Assembly: GCF_001194135.2 (NCBI RefSeq)
Contig: NC_069005.1
Location: forward strand, 14,647,205 to 14,711,204
Source of the DNA: Octopus bimaculoides
Taxonomy: Eukaryota
Direction: 5' to 3'
Length of the DNA stretch: 64,000 bases
This document shows, piece by piece, positions 35,021 through 49,076 of the stretch. Every line of letters starts with the position of its first letter. The first letter of the stretch is position 1. The notes under the pieces are model-generated. The model worked only from the letters and a program-made list of their open reading frames with translations, did not search any database and had not been told where the DNA came from. The position numbers and the translations under genes were made by a program.

Positions 35021-35222
35021 TGAAAGAAATACATTTGATGGAAAATCATACTAAAATATATTTTTGTCAGTTTAGTTTTAGTTAAAGCCTATCTTTTCAG
35101 CTTACTGTAAACTTTAGAAACACCTGTTTATATTTCTTTTCCTACAATCATAATTACTTTCAGAAAATATAAAAGTGAATTGTAGCCTAGAATAAACATT
35201 GATTTATCATTGTATGCATTAA

Positions 35223-35429
35223 ACCTTTCGCATTTAAAATGGCCATATCCAGCCCAAATATCGTCCCTTGTTTTATGTTCAAACTGGCCTATTACACCTA
35301 CCCCATAATGTCATTCTAAAAATAAAGTTATGTCAGCTAAATCTCCAAGCTATGAGACATTGTATGATAAATTCAAAACAATATGAATAAATAAGCATTA
35401 CATTTGACAGTAATCTGAACGCTAAAGGG
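35223..35429. mobile_element. piggyBac-like MITE, copy 4
   Basis: TTAA|ACCTTTCGCATT ... AACGCTAAAGGG|TTAA. Confidence 0.75.
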
Positions 35430-36490
35430 TTAAATTGGCTGTGGACACTTATATTTAAGCACATTTTTCCAATAAAATAAAGGTTGCTTTTAAAAATATA
35501 GGTTACCTGTTAAAATTTGTTGATAGAATTTTTACAAAGAATTATATTTTATATGATAATCAAGGATTATTCAAGTTGAAAGTAAGGTTAATTTCTCATG
35601 TGAAAGAGACCGACTACATTTTTCATAACTTGTTCTTGTAAATGATGAGTCACTCATGGTGACGAGAGAATGGCATCCTATCATCAACGTGGACAAAAAA
35701 TATATTTATTTAAAAATAAAAGATACATTTATTTTAGATTTCTGAATCTCAATTTTTATTGTTTTCTCTCTCAAGATATGGATTAACATATTTACAATTA
35801 AGAAACAAAAGTCTTCATTATGTTTAATATGACTGTTTTTTAACTGTATTTATTTCACCATTTCTTTTATCTTTCCTTTCAGTCATTTGACAGTAGCCAT
35901 GCTGGAGTACTACTCTTGAAGGGTTTTTATTTGAACAAATCAATCCCAGGACTTTTAAAAAAACTTGGTAATTATTCTATCGGTCTCTTTTGCCGAACAG
36001 CTAGTTATGAGAATGTAAATACACCAACAACAGTTGTCAAGTGGTGGTGGTGGTGGTGGGGTGGGGGACAAACACACACACATATACATATATTTATATA
36101 TGACAAGCTTCTTTTAGTCTCCATCTACCAAATCTACTCAAAGCTTTGGTCAGCCCAAGGCTAAAGTAGAAGGCACTTGCCCAAGGTGTCATGCAGTGGG
36201 GCTGAATCTGGAACCATGTGGTTGGGAAGCAAGCTTCTTACCACACAGCCACACCTGTGCCTTCGTATTTTATCATTCTTTTCTTTTATTCTTTTATTTG
36301 TTTCGGTCATTTAACAGTGGCCATACTGGTGCACCACCTTTAGTTGAACAAATCGACTTGAAGGCTTATTCTATGTAAGCCTAGTACTTATTCTATCAGT
36401 CATTTTTGCTGAACAGCTAAGTTACGGGGACATAAACATACCAACAGTGGTTGTCAAGCGACAGTGGGAGGATAAACATATACATATATG

Positions 36491-36540
<50 letters not shown>

Positions 36541-38660
36541 TACAATAGGCTTCTTTCAGTTTCTGTTTACGAAATACACTCAAAAGGCTTTGGTTGGCCC
36601 AAGACTGTAGTAGAAGACACTTGCCCAAGGTGCCACACAGTGGGACAGAACCCAGAACCATGTGGTTGGGAAGTAAGGTTCTTACCACACAGCTATGCTA
36701 TATTCATAAAGCTGTAATAATTGTTTCTAATTTAAGCACAAGACCAGAAGTTTCAAAGGGAGGGGTTAGTCTAATTAATTACATCAATCTCAATACTCAA
36801 CTGGTATTTTATTTTATTGACCTTGTAGGGATGAAAGGCAAAACTGACCACAGCAAGATTTGAACTCAGAATATAAAGAGCTAGAATGAATATCACAAAG
36901 CATTTTATCTAACTCTTTAATGATTCTGCCAACCCACCAACCTACTGGCACTCTGCCAGTTATGACAAGGGTTTCAGCTGATCCGATCAATGGAACAGCC
37001 AGCTAATGAAATTAATGTGCAAGTGGCTGAGCACTCCACAAACACATGTACCCTTAACGTAGTTCTCAAGGAGATTCAGCACAGCACAGATGTGACATGG
37101 CTGGCCCTTTGAAATACATGTTCAACTCATTTTTGCCAGCTGAGTGGACTGGAGCAAAGTGAAATAAAGTGTCTTGCTCAAGGACACAATATGCCGCCAG
37201 GAATCAATCTCACATCCTTACAGTTGTGAGCCAAATACCCTTAACCCACAAATGTAATAATGGTAAGTGGATCTGATTTTGTTTGGTTTTGCACTTAGCT
37301 AACTTTGTGAAGGTGCTCCTTGTTTTATTGATGCGACTCATGTGACTTTATCCATCATTGGAGATCTATCAACATTGGCTACATTTCGAAGAATCCATTT
37401 TTTTTTTATTACCTCTACTTGGGCTTCACTATCAAAAAAAGGGATTTGAACCGAGAACCCAAAAAGCTGGAACTAATACCACCTGGCATCTCATCTGTCA
37501 CATTAACAACTCAATCAAACCATCACTTTGGACTCCTATTTCATTTATCAACTCAGAAAAGATGAAAGGTAATGTTGACCTCAGCAGGATTTGAACTCCG
37601 GGCACAGAGAACTGGAACAAATACCACAAATTATTCCATCTGATATGCTAAAGACTCTGCCAATTCCTTAACACCACCCCCATCCAAAAACAAAAATTCC
37701 CAAATTAGTCAACAAAGAATTTCATTGATGTTGTTCTGTAGGAATGGCTGTGTGGTTAACAATTTTGCTTTGCAACCATGTGGTTTTGGAGTCAATTTTC
37801 ACTATGTGGCACCTTGGGCAAGTGCCTTCTGCTATAGTCCTGTGCTGACCAATGCCTTGTAAGTGAATTTGGTGGACAGAAACTATATAGAAGCTCATTG
37901 TACACTTACATTTATGTTTCCCTGACCACCACAACAACCAATACCACTTGATGATCAGTTGGTTTGTTTATGTCCCTGTAATGTAGTGGTTTGGAAAAAG
38001 ATACTGACAGAATAAGTGCTTCTTGCTTGCTTCATGCTCGGGTCATCCCAGGTTAGTGGTCCCAGAGGCATCATCATGTGTAGAGCTGACCAGGTCTACC
38101 AGTTCTCTCCATCACTGGCTGTCCCATGCCAGTCCCTCTACAACCTCCAAGGTGACCCTCCTGGGGCTTGCATAGTCCATAGATCCAAGAGAGCATTATC
38201 ATCTGGAGCTTTGCTCCTGGTAGGGCCACCCTAGGTGAGCCAGTTCTAGACAAATGGTGGTACCAGGATTGCAACCATGTCATTCTGCAGAGGACCAACA
38301 ACCCACCCAGAAGAACCTTCAACCTGTTCGATACCAACTGGAAAAAAATCCAGACTGTCCAACATCAGAATAGAACCCCTCGCATGCCCCTGACCAATGA
38401 AAGAAAAAAAAAACAAAAACAAGATAGACTACGTACCAGACTTAAAAAGAAATAAGTATTAGGGTTGATTTGTTTGAGTAAATCCTTCAAGGTGGTGCTC
38501 CAGCATGGTCGCAGTCCAGTGATTAAAACACGTAAAAGATAAATATAGGTGCATGTGTGACTGTGTGGCACCTTGGGCAAGTGTCTTCCACTATAGCTGC
38601 AGGCTCACCAAAGCCTTGTAAGTGGATTTATTTGGTAGACATAAACTGAAAGAAGCCTGT

Positions 38661-38755
<95 letters not shown>

Positions 38756-39210
38756 ATATTGTACATATAATCATCATATATGTATATATATATGTGTGTG
38801 TGTTTTTGTGTCTGTCCCCCATTCACTGCCTGGTAACTAGTTTTGGTGTGCTTATCTCTTCATAACTTAACAGTTCAGCAAATGAGAGATAAAATAAGTA
38901 CCAGACTTACAAACAAAAGTACTGTGATTGATTCATTTGACTAAAAATTCCTCGAGGCAGTGCCCCAGCATGGCCACAGTCTACTGGCTGAAACAAGTAA
39001 AATCTATCTGACCCAGTCAAACATAAAAAAGAGAACGTTAAAACAACGGCAGTGGCAGGAATTGCATCTGACTGTAAAATCTTACTTCAGAATAAATCCC
39101 TATTCAAACTTATGCTTCCATGGGAAAGCAAACATGAAAATGAGTGAACAAACAAAACAAAAATCATTTTTAAGGAAAAAGCATTTAATAACCAAACTTG
39201 AATATTGGTT

Positions 39211-39431
39211 TTAATAATTGGTTTTATGCCGACGGAAATTGTAGAATTTATAAAGATATTTAATTCTCTTTTTTATATTGTGATGTTTTGTGGGATAATA
39301 AAACCTCAAATGATGCCCTTCAAATCTAATGTGACGTATTAATCGCTGCATCTCATTTCCTTTGAATCCTTTCAACCAGGGTGGACCACGGATCAATTCC
39401 TTTGGAGTGACTTTGCCATCACCCAGTATAT
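39211..39431 (-). CDS. MRPL51: Mitochondrial large ribosomal subunit protein mL51, last coding exon
   Basis: Acceptor TCTTTAG| at 39432; DILGDGKVTPKELIRGPPWLKGFKGNEMQRLIR...IKKRIKYLYKFYN matches the MRPL51 motif PKELIRGP.WL.G.KGNE.QR; TAA stop at 39211-39213. Confidence 0.93.
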
Positions 39432-39550
39432 CTAAAGACAAAAACAAAAATCAAAGACTGTATCAAAATACATGCACAGAGACATACAAACAAAGTTTAT
39501 TATGTTTAACCCCAGGCCAACACTGATCATAGACACCTATTGCTCAAGAG

Positions 39551-39713
39551 CAGTGCTCTACAACCTTTTTTCACTTGCAGTACATTTATATCCTTTTCAA
39601 AATTCAGCTGCACACTTGAACAAAAGTATAACTAAAAGTATAAGGAGAAAAATTACATTCAGGTTACATTGAGGCACACCAGTGTGCCATGGCATACTGG
39701 TTGTGGAGCACTG
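39551..39713. mobile_element. hAT-type MITE in an MRPL51 intron
   Basis: CAGTGCTCTACAACC ... GGTTGTGGAGCACTG inverted ends; 8-bp flanks CTCAAGAG and CTCAAAAG (7/8 match). Confidence 0.75.
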
Positions 39714-40559
39714 CTCAAAAGGATCATCACATCTTAGAGATATGGAAGTGTACATTAACTAATGCATCGTTTATATTTATTAAAGCTGAAGTGAGTATAG
39801 GGAGATTTGGCTGCTTTTTCTACTAAGTTGAGTGACCAATTAGAGGTTCACTCATATATGTTTTGGAAGCAATTGTATCTCATCCCAAGGCATGATACCT
39901 TTGAATGCTTATTCAACTTGCAGAGCCAAGTTCAAAGACTGCTGGTTTGAAGAAGCTGCTTCAGACTAGTGTTCTCTGTGTCTTTGTATACTTGTTATTG
40001 GATCCAGTTTCCGGTTCTGATCACTGGCTACATTTGGCAGCTTATGTGTAACACTATATAACCACCATCAACATCAGCAGCAGGAAGATATCTTAATGAA
40101 CTATGACGGATTTCACAATTCTGAACAGTTGAATTCACATCCTCCATTGGTATAGTGTACAACTTATATTGATAAGTCCCTTAACCCCTTGGGGAGTCAT
40201 TGAGGTGTCGCAGCCATGCAGCATATCTTGGGCGAGAAAGCCTGGCAGAGCCCATCCCTCACCAAGCTAAGCTTATTTCTACAACTGAGTGGACTGGGGC
40301 AACATGAAATGAAGTGTTTTGCTCAAGAGCACGACACATCACCTGGTCCAGGAAGTGCAACCACAATCTTAGGTTTGTGAGTCCAACATCCGAACCACAA
40401 GGTCAGGTGCCTCCACACAGCTTATATGATAGCTGTCAAAGACCAAATTGTGACCAAAATAAGAAAAAATACCCATTAAGCACATCCAATACGAATTTCA
40501 ACATATAAATTTTGATTTATATATTCTAGTAATAAACATCTAAAATTAAGAAAGAGGCG

Positions 40560-41350
40560 ATTTGATGTGCTTGAGAAGACACATCATCATCATCATTTAA
40601 CATGTTTTCCATGCTGGCATGGGTTGGATAGTTTGACAGGAGCTGGTCAGCTGAAGAACTGCTCAGGCTCCAATTGTCTGTTTTGGCATGGTTTCTACGG
40701 CTGGATGCCCTTCCTAATGCTAACCACTTTACAGAGTTTACTGGGTGCTTTTATGTAGCATCAGCATGGATGTGGATGCATTTATGTGGCACTGGTACAG
40801 GTGCTTTTTACATAGCACAAGCACCCATGAGCCCACAAGATTAGGAATGCACAGCTGGAGAGGGATACAGGGGACAAGTCTGTAAGCAAGAACAACCATG
40901 CTTTCACTCAGCTTGGCTTGTTTTCTCAAGCACAGCAAACTGTCAGGAGTCTCAGTCTGCTATCATCCCCTCTGTGAGTTCCAATGTCTGTAGATCCTTT
41001 CTCACCACTTCGTCCAATGTCTTCCTGGGTCTACACCTTCCACATGTTCCTTCTACAATTAAATATTGGCACCTCTTGATGCAACTGTCTTCATTCATAT
41101 GCATTACATGACTGTACCAGCACAGTCTTCTTTCTTGCACAGTGTGAAATCTTGTGGCCTGTGACATGCAAAAGGCACCCACTAAGCTCTGTGGAGTGAT
41201 TGGTGTTAGGAAGGGCATCCAGCTGTAGTAACCAAGCCAAAACAGATTGGGGCTTCGTGCAATTTTCCAGTTTACCAGTTCCAGTCAAACTGTCTAACCC
41301 ATGCCAGCATGGAAAACAGGTGCTAAATGATAATGATGACAGTGACAACA
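40560..41350. mobile_element. Nested RTE LINE 3' fragments
   Basis: Minus strand reads VQERRLCWYSHVMHM...GRCRPRKTLDEVVRKDL; (CAT)n-TTTAAC..GCATGGGTT 3' ends occur in both orientations. Confidence 0.75.
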
Positions 41351-41385
41351 ATGATGATGATGAAGGTAAGAAAAACATTATTTAC

Positions 41386-41496
41386 CAATATAATCATTTT
41401 GTCCAAACAAAGCCTTCTTTTTTACCCAGTTTTCTGGAACTTCATATGCTTTCAGTGATTGCAATGGTTTAGCACTATCAAGGCGAGGTAGAAGTC
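41386..41496 (-). CDS. MRPL51: MRPL51 middle coding exon
   Basis: TTTGCAG|GA CTT CTA CCT CGC...: (G)LLPRLDSAKPLQSLKAYEVPENWVKKKALFGQNDYI(D); donor G|GTAAAT; 111 nt, phase 1/1; ALFGQNDYIDILG is the conserved MRPL51 motif. Confidence 0.93.
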
Positions 41497-42045
41497 CTGC
41501 AAATCAGATATAGTGAAAGAAAGAAAAAAAAAACATTAAAAAAACAAATTTTTTTTGTTCTATTCACAGCAAACAATAATCAAAAATAAATAACATGTTT
41601 TTACATAGCACAGGTCAAAGGCCAAAAAGTCTCCCAATGTGAAGTAGTGATTCAGTCACTACTTCACATTGGGATGTCACAGTCCTGGTACTATAGAATG
41701 TTGTAGGAAAAAATCACAAGATGGATTCTTCAAGTCAAGCCAACTGGCAGAAGACCTAGGAGTAGACTAAGAAGAAGGCTGTGTGGTAAGAAGCTTTCTT
41801 CCCAACCACATGGTTCCAGGTTCAGTCCCATTGCATAGCACCTTGGGCAAGTTTTCTTCTACTACAGCCTCAGGCTGGCCAAAGTCTTCTGAGTGGATTT
41901 GGTAGGCAGGAACTGAAAAACAACCTGTTGTGTGCGTGTGTGTGTGTGTATACAAGGTGTGATAGATAAATTGTTGCCATTTTATAATTTTGATTTCACA
42001 CATGTGCATTGTTTGTTTTTGATTATACTGTACTACACAGTATTG

Positions 42046-43173
42046 TAGGGTCAGTTGGGCACTGTTTGTGAGAAAAACAGCACCATGACACAATTCACTC
42101 TTCCAAAAATTTGGAAATGACATGCTGTATTACTTGGCACCAGAAGCTCTAATACAAACATTTCAGAGTGTTTGGGTGTCAGTCTGAGGACAGTGCAGGG
42201 GATTCAGAAAGAGTTGGAAGAATCTAATGGTGATTACAAAGGTACAGCAGCTCGGAAAACTCATTCTGATCATTCTGATAAGAAAAGAACTCCTGAATTT
42301 GTTGGTGAGATCCAGGCCATGATTGACAATGATCCCTTCAAGTCAATCAGGTCCATCGCCAGGGACATGCGAGTGTCTGAGTTTCTTATCAAGCAGGTAG
42401 TGCATGAAGACATTCGGTATTCCTCATACAAGGTGTGAAAGGGCCAATTTTTATCCCAAGCCATCAAAGAAGACAAGAGGAAAGACCACACTACGAAGCT
42501 TTTGAACAAACTCAAGTGTCCCCTCTAACCGAACATGCTTTGGTTTTTCACAGATGAGAAAAATGTCTGCCAAGATCAGACAGGGAACACACAGAATAAC
42601 CGTTCGCTTGTCATGTCCCCAAAATATGTACAGAGAGTGACAAAAATCAAACATGCAGTCAACATCAAGGTGTTTGGAGTGATCACTAGTGATGGCAATG
42701 TTATGCCTCCATTCATTTTCCCACATGGCCTCAGACTCAACACAGAGGCCTACATCAAGTACCTGGAGGAGGTAGTGCTGCCCTGGGTCAAGAGGGTAGC
42801 TGCTGGAAGACTCTATGTCTGGCAACAGGACTCTGCACCATGCCACACAAGCATGAGAACCCAGTCATGGCTGTCAGACAATTTCTGTGATCACATCATC
42901 CATAACATCTGGCCACCCAACCCCCCAGACTGCAACCCCCTTCATCACTATATGTGGGGCACAGTTCAGCAAGAGACCAACAAAACTCTTGTTGCAAGAG
43001 ATTCCAAAGTCGTCTGGAGGTTGAAGCCAATGGTGATTTTATTGAATAAATTTATTCTTTAGTATCTCAAGATATATTTATGTAATTTTGGTAAATATAT
43101 CTGTTAAAATGAGATGTCAATGTTATTTTCATTTTTGCGTAATTTAGACGACAGTTTACCCACTGTACCCTGC
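42046..43173 (+). mobile_element. maT-type (DD37D) Tc1/mariner transposon, decayed
   Basis: FTDEK..VFGVITSDG..WQQDSAPCHT-(37 aa)-H where the third catalytic D is expected; imperfect inverted ends AGGGTCAGTTGGG and CCCACTGTACCCT. Confidence 0.85.
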
Positions 43174-43177
43174 ATGC

Positions 43178-43216
<39 letters not shown>

Positions 43217-45329
43217 TTCCCTTTGTGTCTGTGTTTGTTCCTCCACTGCTGCCTGACAACTGGTGTTGGTTTGTTTACATTTTTGTAACTTAGTGGTTTC
43301 GCAAAAGAAACCAATAGAATAAGTACCAGGCTTTAAAAAAAAGTACTGGGTTCAGTTTGTTCAACTAAAAATTCTTCAAGGCAGTGCTCCAGCATGGCCA
43401 CAGTCTAATGACTGAAGAAAGTAAAAGATAGTCTCAGTTGGTCATGCTTAGGAATCCAGATGGAAAGTCTAATCACAATTGCTTCTGATAGAACGCTATA
43501 GAGGAGGTACCTGAGGACCCTACCCCAATGACCGACCCCCCTCCCTTAATAGTGGGCAGAGAAGATGGATAGATTGATACATAACATAGACAAAGATGTA
43601 GCTGTGTAGTTAAGAAGTTCACATCCCACTGTTGCTCAAGGTGTGACACCTTGAGCAAGTGTTTTTACTACAACTCTTGGGTCATCCAAAGAGTTATAAG
43701 TGAGTTTGGGAGACAAAAACTGAAAGAAGTTTGCTGTCATGTGTGTGTCTCCTTGATATTGTGCAATAGTTGTAAACATGTGCCACTGTCATAAAAGCAG
43801 AGTGACTCATTTCCTATCTTCCATGAAAACATGGGGAAATATTACTTGCTAGGAAACAGATGACAGTTGGAGATAGGAAAGGCATCTGGCCTCAACAAAA
43901 TCTGTCTGACCTATGCAAGCATGGAAAAGTGAACATTTTATTGTCCACTTCAGTGAAAGAAGAACAGAAAGGGGCTGAGGTTCACTACAGCTGTTTCAAA
44001 CATGGTTTTTATTGATGAACAAATCAATTATATCGTGTTCACTACACTCGGAACCTTCCCTGCATTGAATCTTGAGCTTATAGTGGGCCATGGACTGCAC
44101 ACAGGAATATACTCATGTGAGTTTACATATACGTTGGATGTATTTGGTTTATGTATGCGTAACTGGAAGAACAACTTTGTACACAGACATCTCAAATGTA
44201 AATAGACACCCCTTCTTATATTGTTTTATCTATGTGGATACACAAATGGATTAAATCATTAAAAACACTAGATTAAGTACATCTAATGACATTGTTTTGT
44301 TTCTGGAAATAAGTCTTTCAAAATTGATGTGTCTATTTACTTTTGAGGTACCTGTGTATATGCCTTAGTAAGTACATAAGCGTCCATACACACTGTTAAT
44401 ACACAAATATTTTTCACCATTGGTGAATAAATAATACCAAAAAATTTTCCAACTTCCAGTTTTGTTATATATCTGACCTATGTTTAGGAGAATTTTACCA
44501 AATTTTTACATTTAAGAATAATGTAATAAATTCTGGACAGGAACAAGCTTTGAGACACTTGCACATGAGGAAATTCACATTTGCCCAGTATAAATGAATA
44601 ATCAACACCTAAATAACAGAATGTTTTGAAATAATGGAGTATAAGTGATTATCCAATCAAAACTTGAATTGAAGGTAGTTCATGTCTAACTTAACAAACA
44701 AGTCTACATCATACAATGCAGGGGAGATAAACGAAAAACTTTAAACAGTTAAATTAAAGGATATTAAAGTAAAGACCCTGAAGAAACTGCACTGGTATTA
44801 TAGCAGGGTTGCAATTGCAACAGTTACTATTCGCTGCAGTTGAAACATGTGTAGGTCAATGTAAAGCTGTATAAATAAAAAGAATTTAAAGGTAACGCTA
44901 TGCCACTTCGTAATAATCTTTATTATTATTGTTGATATTATATACTCCAGGGAACCTATATGGTTAAGGTACAATACTCAGAATTATTCAACGGAATATA
45001 TCTTTAAATTCTTATCTTATGAGAACATTATTGGATTTATATATTAACTGTTGAATAACCTATTTTGAATACCTAACTTAGAGCAAACTGGTAATTGTTT
45101 TGGGGTAATTCCTTACTATTTATGAATATATATATATGTTTTATGTGTATGTGTCTTTGTGGTTGTCTCCCACCAGTTGACAACTGATGTTGGTTTATTT
45201 GTATTATCAAAGTTTGCAGTTGGACAAAAAGAAACCAGACTTAAAATATTTCCAAAGTTCTTTAAGACATTGCCCTGGCATGGCAGCAGTTCAATAACCA
45301 AATCAAGTAAAAGAATAAAAGAATCTTAC

Positions 45330-45576
45330 CTCCAGTGAAATATTTTGCTTCATAACCATAGCGTTTCCTTTTTGGAGTCTTATATGATTTATTTGTTGCA
45401 GAATCTGTGCTCCGTACTTCAGTAGAATATGCTGTCTGTTGAATAGCAGTCTTGCTGATTGGAACTTTCAGAATACTACAATATTTAGGTACAGAAGTCT
45501 CTTGGGTCAGTAGAGGTGTCTGAGCGAAGAACCTGGCCAAATTTAGCCCATTTTTCTTTATCAGTGAAAGTAGCAT
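45330..45576 (-). CDS. MRPL51: MRPL51 first coding exon (transit-peptide-like N-terminus)
   Basis: ATG at 45576; MLLSLIKKNGLNLARFF...RYGYEAKYFTG; donor GGAG|GTAAGA at 45329, phase 1; acceptor poly-T TAG at 45608; spliced CDS 247+111+221=579 nt (192 aa). Confidence 0.88.
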
Positions 45577-45849
45577 TCTCTCACAAAATTATTGACGAAG
45601 ATATTTACTAAAAAAAAAAAAAAAAAATCATACAAACATACATGCAATCGTATAGCTGCATAACAAGGTGCAGAAAATAGTATCTGAATGCTAAAGATAA
45701 AGTAAAATAGTATTTTATTGAAGCTGGAAAGACTTCACAAGTTTGTGAAGATGATCAGTCATGTGAAACATTTTTTGAAGTTTTTACAGCTTCAATATTC
45801 ACTGGCTGTCTGTCATAGGTCTGTGTTGACTGTTCTGTTCAGAAATCAT

Positions 45850-46470
45850 CTCTGGCAGGCTCTCATGTGGGCGACAAGGCCTGCTCTTGACCTGAGGCAG
45901 CAATAACATCTGCTGCAGAGAAATTTATTTGATGCAATCGAGAAGTGATGCCTCCCATGTGCACTTACGTATTCTCCTCAATGGCTGTAATAAAGAGCTT
46001 CAGCAATTGGTGTTATTCACCATGTGGCAGGGCCTTTCTCTCCCAGGGGAATGGGGAACTGCCAAAGTTTTTCATATGTCCCTTTAGTACATCCCTGTTC
46101 ACAACCTCTGGGTACCATGGCTCCTATGCTGACACAGTTCAGTGTAGAAAACTGCCCTTGGGAACCAGCTGTCTTCCATCCTGCAAGCATGTCCCACCTA
46201 GTGCATCCGCAATGAGGCAACAAGGACCTCTACACTAACTACCCAAGTGTGGTGCAAGACCTCTACATCAGGAACGGAATCCCACCATCTAATATTTAAG
46301 ATGGAGCACAGATGATGAAGTTGGACTTGCATCAGGGCCTGCGGAAGAGGGTCAAGCATTCTGTGGCATAGAGGCAAGGGAGCACTATGACACTGTCCAG
46401 CTTTATCTTCATATTGTGGGTAATGTCATGCAGCTCCCAAAACACTCATCATCAGTTATATATATATATA
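45850..46470 (-). mobile_element. RTE-BovB-like LINE 3' fragment (MRPL51 intron 1)
   Basis: Ends in FLCSRCYCCLRSRAGLVAHMRAC, the C-terminal zinc finger of RTE ORFs. Confidence 0.65.
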
Positions 46471-46774
46471 TATATTAGTAGGCATCCTCAGTCTCAAGAG
46501 ACCATGGATCTGCACCCAAAGAAATTGTGTCAGCTGCTGATGGTAGTACAGCATCCGCTGCAGCTGTAGATGCCCACACAAGAGATATGAAAATATATAT
46601 GTGTGTATGTGTGTATATAGTTAAGAAGCTTGCCTGGCAACCATGAGGTTTTGGGTTCAGCCCCACTGCATATCACCTTGGGTAAGTGTCTTCTACCATA
46701 GACCCATACTAACCAAAGCCTTGTGAGTGGACTTGATAGACAGAAACTGTGTAGAAGCCCATTGCATATATATC

Positions 46775-47054
46775 TGTAGTAACGCCTGCGCATGCGTAAA
46801 ATTAAACAAGCAAGCGTTTCCCGCTCAATTCATTCTCTTTCACGCTGGCCAGCGATTGAGCATGGACGTGTGTTTAAAAGTTCTCCCTACATCTTTCGGT
46901 CTTATACTCGACAGCTCGTTATTCTCACCTCTAAAGATGTATAACTAAAGATATGTATGTTTTACCAAGTAAATAAATGTTGTTTAAGTTGTTTAGTCTG
47001 GAGTTCAGCGTTCCGTCTATTTCTTTAATTTTATAGTAGAAAGTCAGGTATACA
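46775..47054 (+). mobile_element. Candidate solo LTR
   Basis: TGTA...TACA termini, 280 bp, internal AATAAA near 46971, palindrome CGCTGGCCAGCG; no clean 4-6 bp target duplication. Confidence 0.4.
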
Positions 47055-47085
47055 ATCTAAAGATGTATAACCCACTTTCTACTAA

Positions 47086-47121
<36 letters not shown>

Positions 47122-48500
47122 AGTAAAATCAGTAAAAAGAGTACTGTGTATACTTTCTATAAGTTAAAAAGACTGGATGGAGGATGTAAAACTCTGCTGT
47201 CTTTCATTTGTTTCTCTCATTTCAATTTTTTCCTCAAGAAGGACACTGTCCGAAATATTGGATTTCCTCATTGCAAGTTAACTGTATTCCTTTTATCAAT
47301 TTCACTACAGAAGAGTTGCCAACACAGACCAACACCAGCCTCTTTGGAGTCTGTTTTATCATATATCTTTTACATATTTCAATCATTAGACTGCGGCCAT
47401 GCTGGGACAAGCCTTGCAGAATTTTTGGTCAAATGAATTGACCCAAGTACTTAGTTTATTAAGCCTGGTAGTTGTTCTATTGGTCTCTTTTGCTAAATTG
47501 CCAAGTTACAGGGGTCATAAACACACCAACACCAGTTTTCAAGTGGTGGCAGGGGACATACACATAGGTATATTATATATATGAAGGGCTTCTTTCAGTT
47601 TCCATCTCCCAAAATCCAATCACAAGTCTTTGGTTGGCCTGAGGCTGTAGAAGATACTTGGCCAAAGTACAGATATATAGATATATGTGTGTGCCTGTAT
47701 TTGTTCATCATTGCTTGACAACCAGTGTTGGATTGTCCACATCTTTTAGCAGTTCAGCAAAAGAGTCCCTCAAAATTGCTGACCTTCAACCCTGTAACGG
47801 ACCGGTGTCTCGTTGAGGGGAATGTTGTGATCTTGGCCACTTATAAGCCATGGAAACCGAATCACCGACATTATGAGCTCTAGAAAAATAATTATTATTT
47901 CAAATTTTGGCACAAAACAAGCAAGTTCGCGGGGAGTGGGTAAGTCGATTTGATTGATCCCAGTGCTTGACTGCTACTTATTTTATCGACCCTGAAAGGA
48001 TGAAAATCAAAGTCGACCTTGGCGGAATTTGAATTCACAACGTGAAGACGGACAAAATGCTGCTAAGCATTCCTCCGGCCGTACTAACAATTCTACCAGC
48101 TCGACGCGTTTCCTAGAAAAATAATTAAAGAAAAGAAAATAATCTCGCTCTAAACAGGGCCTACCATCTTAAACCAAGGACATATAGGCAATCTTTCGCC
48201 GACAAATAATGAAGTTTTAGAAACAATGTCTAAAAACAATGAACACGTTGGATGGTCATGGCTGGAACGATTTAATAATAGGCCTGTAGGTCTGTTTGAT
48301 GAGGGTTAGACAACCCCAGCAACTCCTGAATTCATAGACTTCTCATCAAGGAAAGGTCAACCAACTTATGAATCCAGTGAATAGAGTGATGTGCCGTAAA
48401 TATATATATCTTAATTCTGATTGTTATTTCAATACGGTATCCAGATATCTCCAATAAAAATAAAATACACTTATATATATATATATATATATCCACTTAC

Positions 48501-48620
48501 CTGAAGGTTACTCAATGCTTTAAATATAAAAATATATTAAAAACATGTTTTGTAAGAAGAAAACATCTTTTTATACAGAGCTAACCACAATTACGATCGC
48601 ATCCCTTACTGCACCCGACG
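48501..48620 (-). other. MRPL51: Putative non-coding exon 1 of MRPL51
   Basis: Consensus donor CAG|GTAAGT on the minus strand at 48500, upstream of the 45608 acceptor; the 5' boundary is a guess. Confidence 0.55.
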
Positions 48621-48762
48621 CTTCGTAGTTTCGGTTTGTTTCGTCTAGATAATTTATCGCTTAGTTTGCGCTATAAACCTCTAAAACTGATCTGAAAAGA
48701 AAAGTAAGAAGAAATAATTTAATATCATTGATACAGATCTGACTGAGTCTTTAATATTTCAG
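48590..48762 (+). promoter_or_regulatory. Putative bidirectional promoter and + strand non-coding first exon
   Basis: CpG-enriched, repeat-free patch; consensus donor CAG|GTGAGT at 48763, about 260 bp from the opposite-strand donor. Confidence 0.5.
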
Positions 48763-49045
48763 GTGAGTTGTTTTCCCCTCCTTTTTAAATTAAAATTCTT
48801 TGCTTTCTTCAGATTTGTTGCTCTTTGCACATTTTATATGCAAATCGTTTTTACGTTCAGGTTGGCTTAAGAGTTTCGTTATTTTTGTCTATTGATTCCT
48901 TGCATGCATACACACAAAGCCTTGTCTTAGATTTTTATTATAAGGGCTTGTATAGAATGATCTTATTATTTGATGTTCGTGATTTAAGAAAAAAAAAACA
49001 TTATAGAAAATAACCAAAATGACTACAGTAAAGAATCGAAGTATC

Positions 49046-49076
<31 letters not shown>

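Noticed and set aside
38030-38340. GC-richer stretch with short ORFs downstream of MRPL51
   Set aside because: Probably a retroelement 5' fragment, but I could not recognise a motif well enough to call it.
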